64,000 bases of DNA from Azolla caroliniana. Lineage: Eukaryota > Plantae > Polypodiophyta. Under the pieces are notes generated by a model. That model was not told the DNA's origin and made no database searches. It was given only the letters and a program-made list of their open reading frames with translations. This document shows, in pieces, positions 63,192 through 64,000 of the stretch (position 1 is its first letter; each line of letters begins with the position of its first letter). The stretch is from positions 9,796,001-9,860,000 of the forward strand of contig JBHGNT010000015.1 in NCBI GenBank assembly GCA_043228905.1, read 5' to 3'. The position numbers and the translations under genes were made by a program.

Positions 63192-63565
63192 CATTTTCAA
63201 TCCGCATCTCATGAACCTATTCGACTATTAGCTGGTGAACCTAGGGAGCTTATTGATTTTGTCGACGAGATATTTGAGACCCTATCATTGCTAGCCTATG
63301 TGGAGTAGATACTACTTGACACTTGTTAAATCTAAAAAAATCAGAAAATTTTATATACTATTTAAAGCATGTGATATTGGTGTATCAAGTTTCTAAAAAT
63401 TGCCCTAAATTGCAAGATTATAAAAGGAATCTACAAGTGGAATGCGCAATCCTTTCACTTGTGAATGCGAACATGTTATACACAAGATAATTACTGAGAA
63501 CTACACACATTGGTTCTGTTTCTTCAATAGTATCTCCAAATGCAATAGAATATTCATCAATTATT

Positions 63566-64000
63566 TGATGAGGATACTACCGGCCGCAACCGGTTGTCAC
63601 GAATGCAAGCGTGGGTGCAAAAATCGAAATGATAGAAATCATAGAAAACGGAAAAGCAAAGTACAGAGCAACAAGAGTTTAATGTGGAAAACCTTGAGAG
63701 GGAAAAACCACGGGAGTTCACAAAATCCAAAGAAATCACTATATGAGTAAGGTATACAATAAGAAACTTCAAGGCGACGGCCTTGAGTTCTTCTTCGCCA
63801 GACTGACGTTTACATTGAGGTCACACACACACACACACTCTCTCTCTCTCTCCTACTCATTAGTTGTACATACTCTTAGATATGATCATATAATGATTTT
63901 CCCTAGTTGTATTTATACTAATACAACTTTAGGGTTATTTACGAATATGGCCTAAATAGGCATGATAGAACCTATTTACAAAACTGGCCTTTTTTGGATG
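63566..64000 (-). mobile_element. Copia-family LTR (related to 55240, 57962 and 3444) running off the window
   Basis: Reverse complement resembles the U5 of the 55240 LTR (cgtgacaaccggttgcggcc, cgtggtttttcc); inserted in the chromovirus protease. Confidence 0.8.

Larger units (their letters stand above)
59957..63477. mobile_element. 3521-bp TIR DNA transposon with a 4-bp TSD, carrying a DNA methyltransferase gene
   Basis: Perfect 29-bp TIR AACATGTTCGCATTCACAAGTGAAAGGAT at 59957-59985 and 63449-63477; TSD ATAC on both sides; flanks rejoin into the chromovirus protease. Confidence 0.92.

Overview
TE-dense nuclear DNA from a land plant. The Tcn1-type chromoviruses suggest a non-seed plant such as a bryophyte (inference). 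One intact host gene is present: a 9-exon plastid-type histidinol-phosphate phosphatase (HISN7/IMPL2), 344 aa, minus strand, 8390-32836, with 11.4-kb and 7.3-kb introns full of LINEs, Copia fragments and hAT-type MITEs. The rest is nested mobile DNA: a full-length but degenerate Tcn1-like Ty3/Gypsy chromovirus (338-6700), several Copia elements and solo LTRs, a 2.1-kb non-autonomous LTR element, and an 8.6-kb CACTA-terminated DNA transposon carrying a DDD-type transposase and a RING-finger gene. The main finding is a 3.5-kb DNA transposon (59957-63477) with perfect 29-bp TIRs and a 4-bp ATAC target duplication. It carries an intron-containing, beta-class DNA amino-methyltransferase (N6-adenine or N4-cytosine type), with DIPYG followed later by ILDLFFGLGTT. 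This copy is decayed. All calls were made by eye; no database searches were run.
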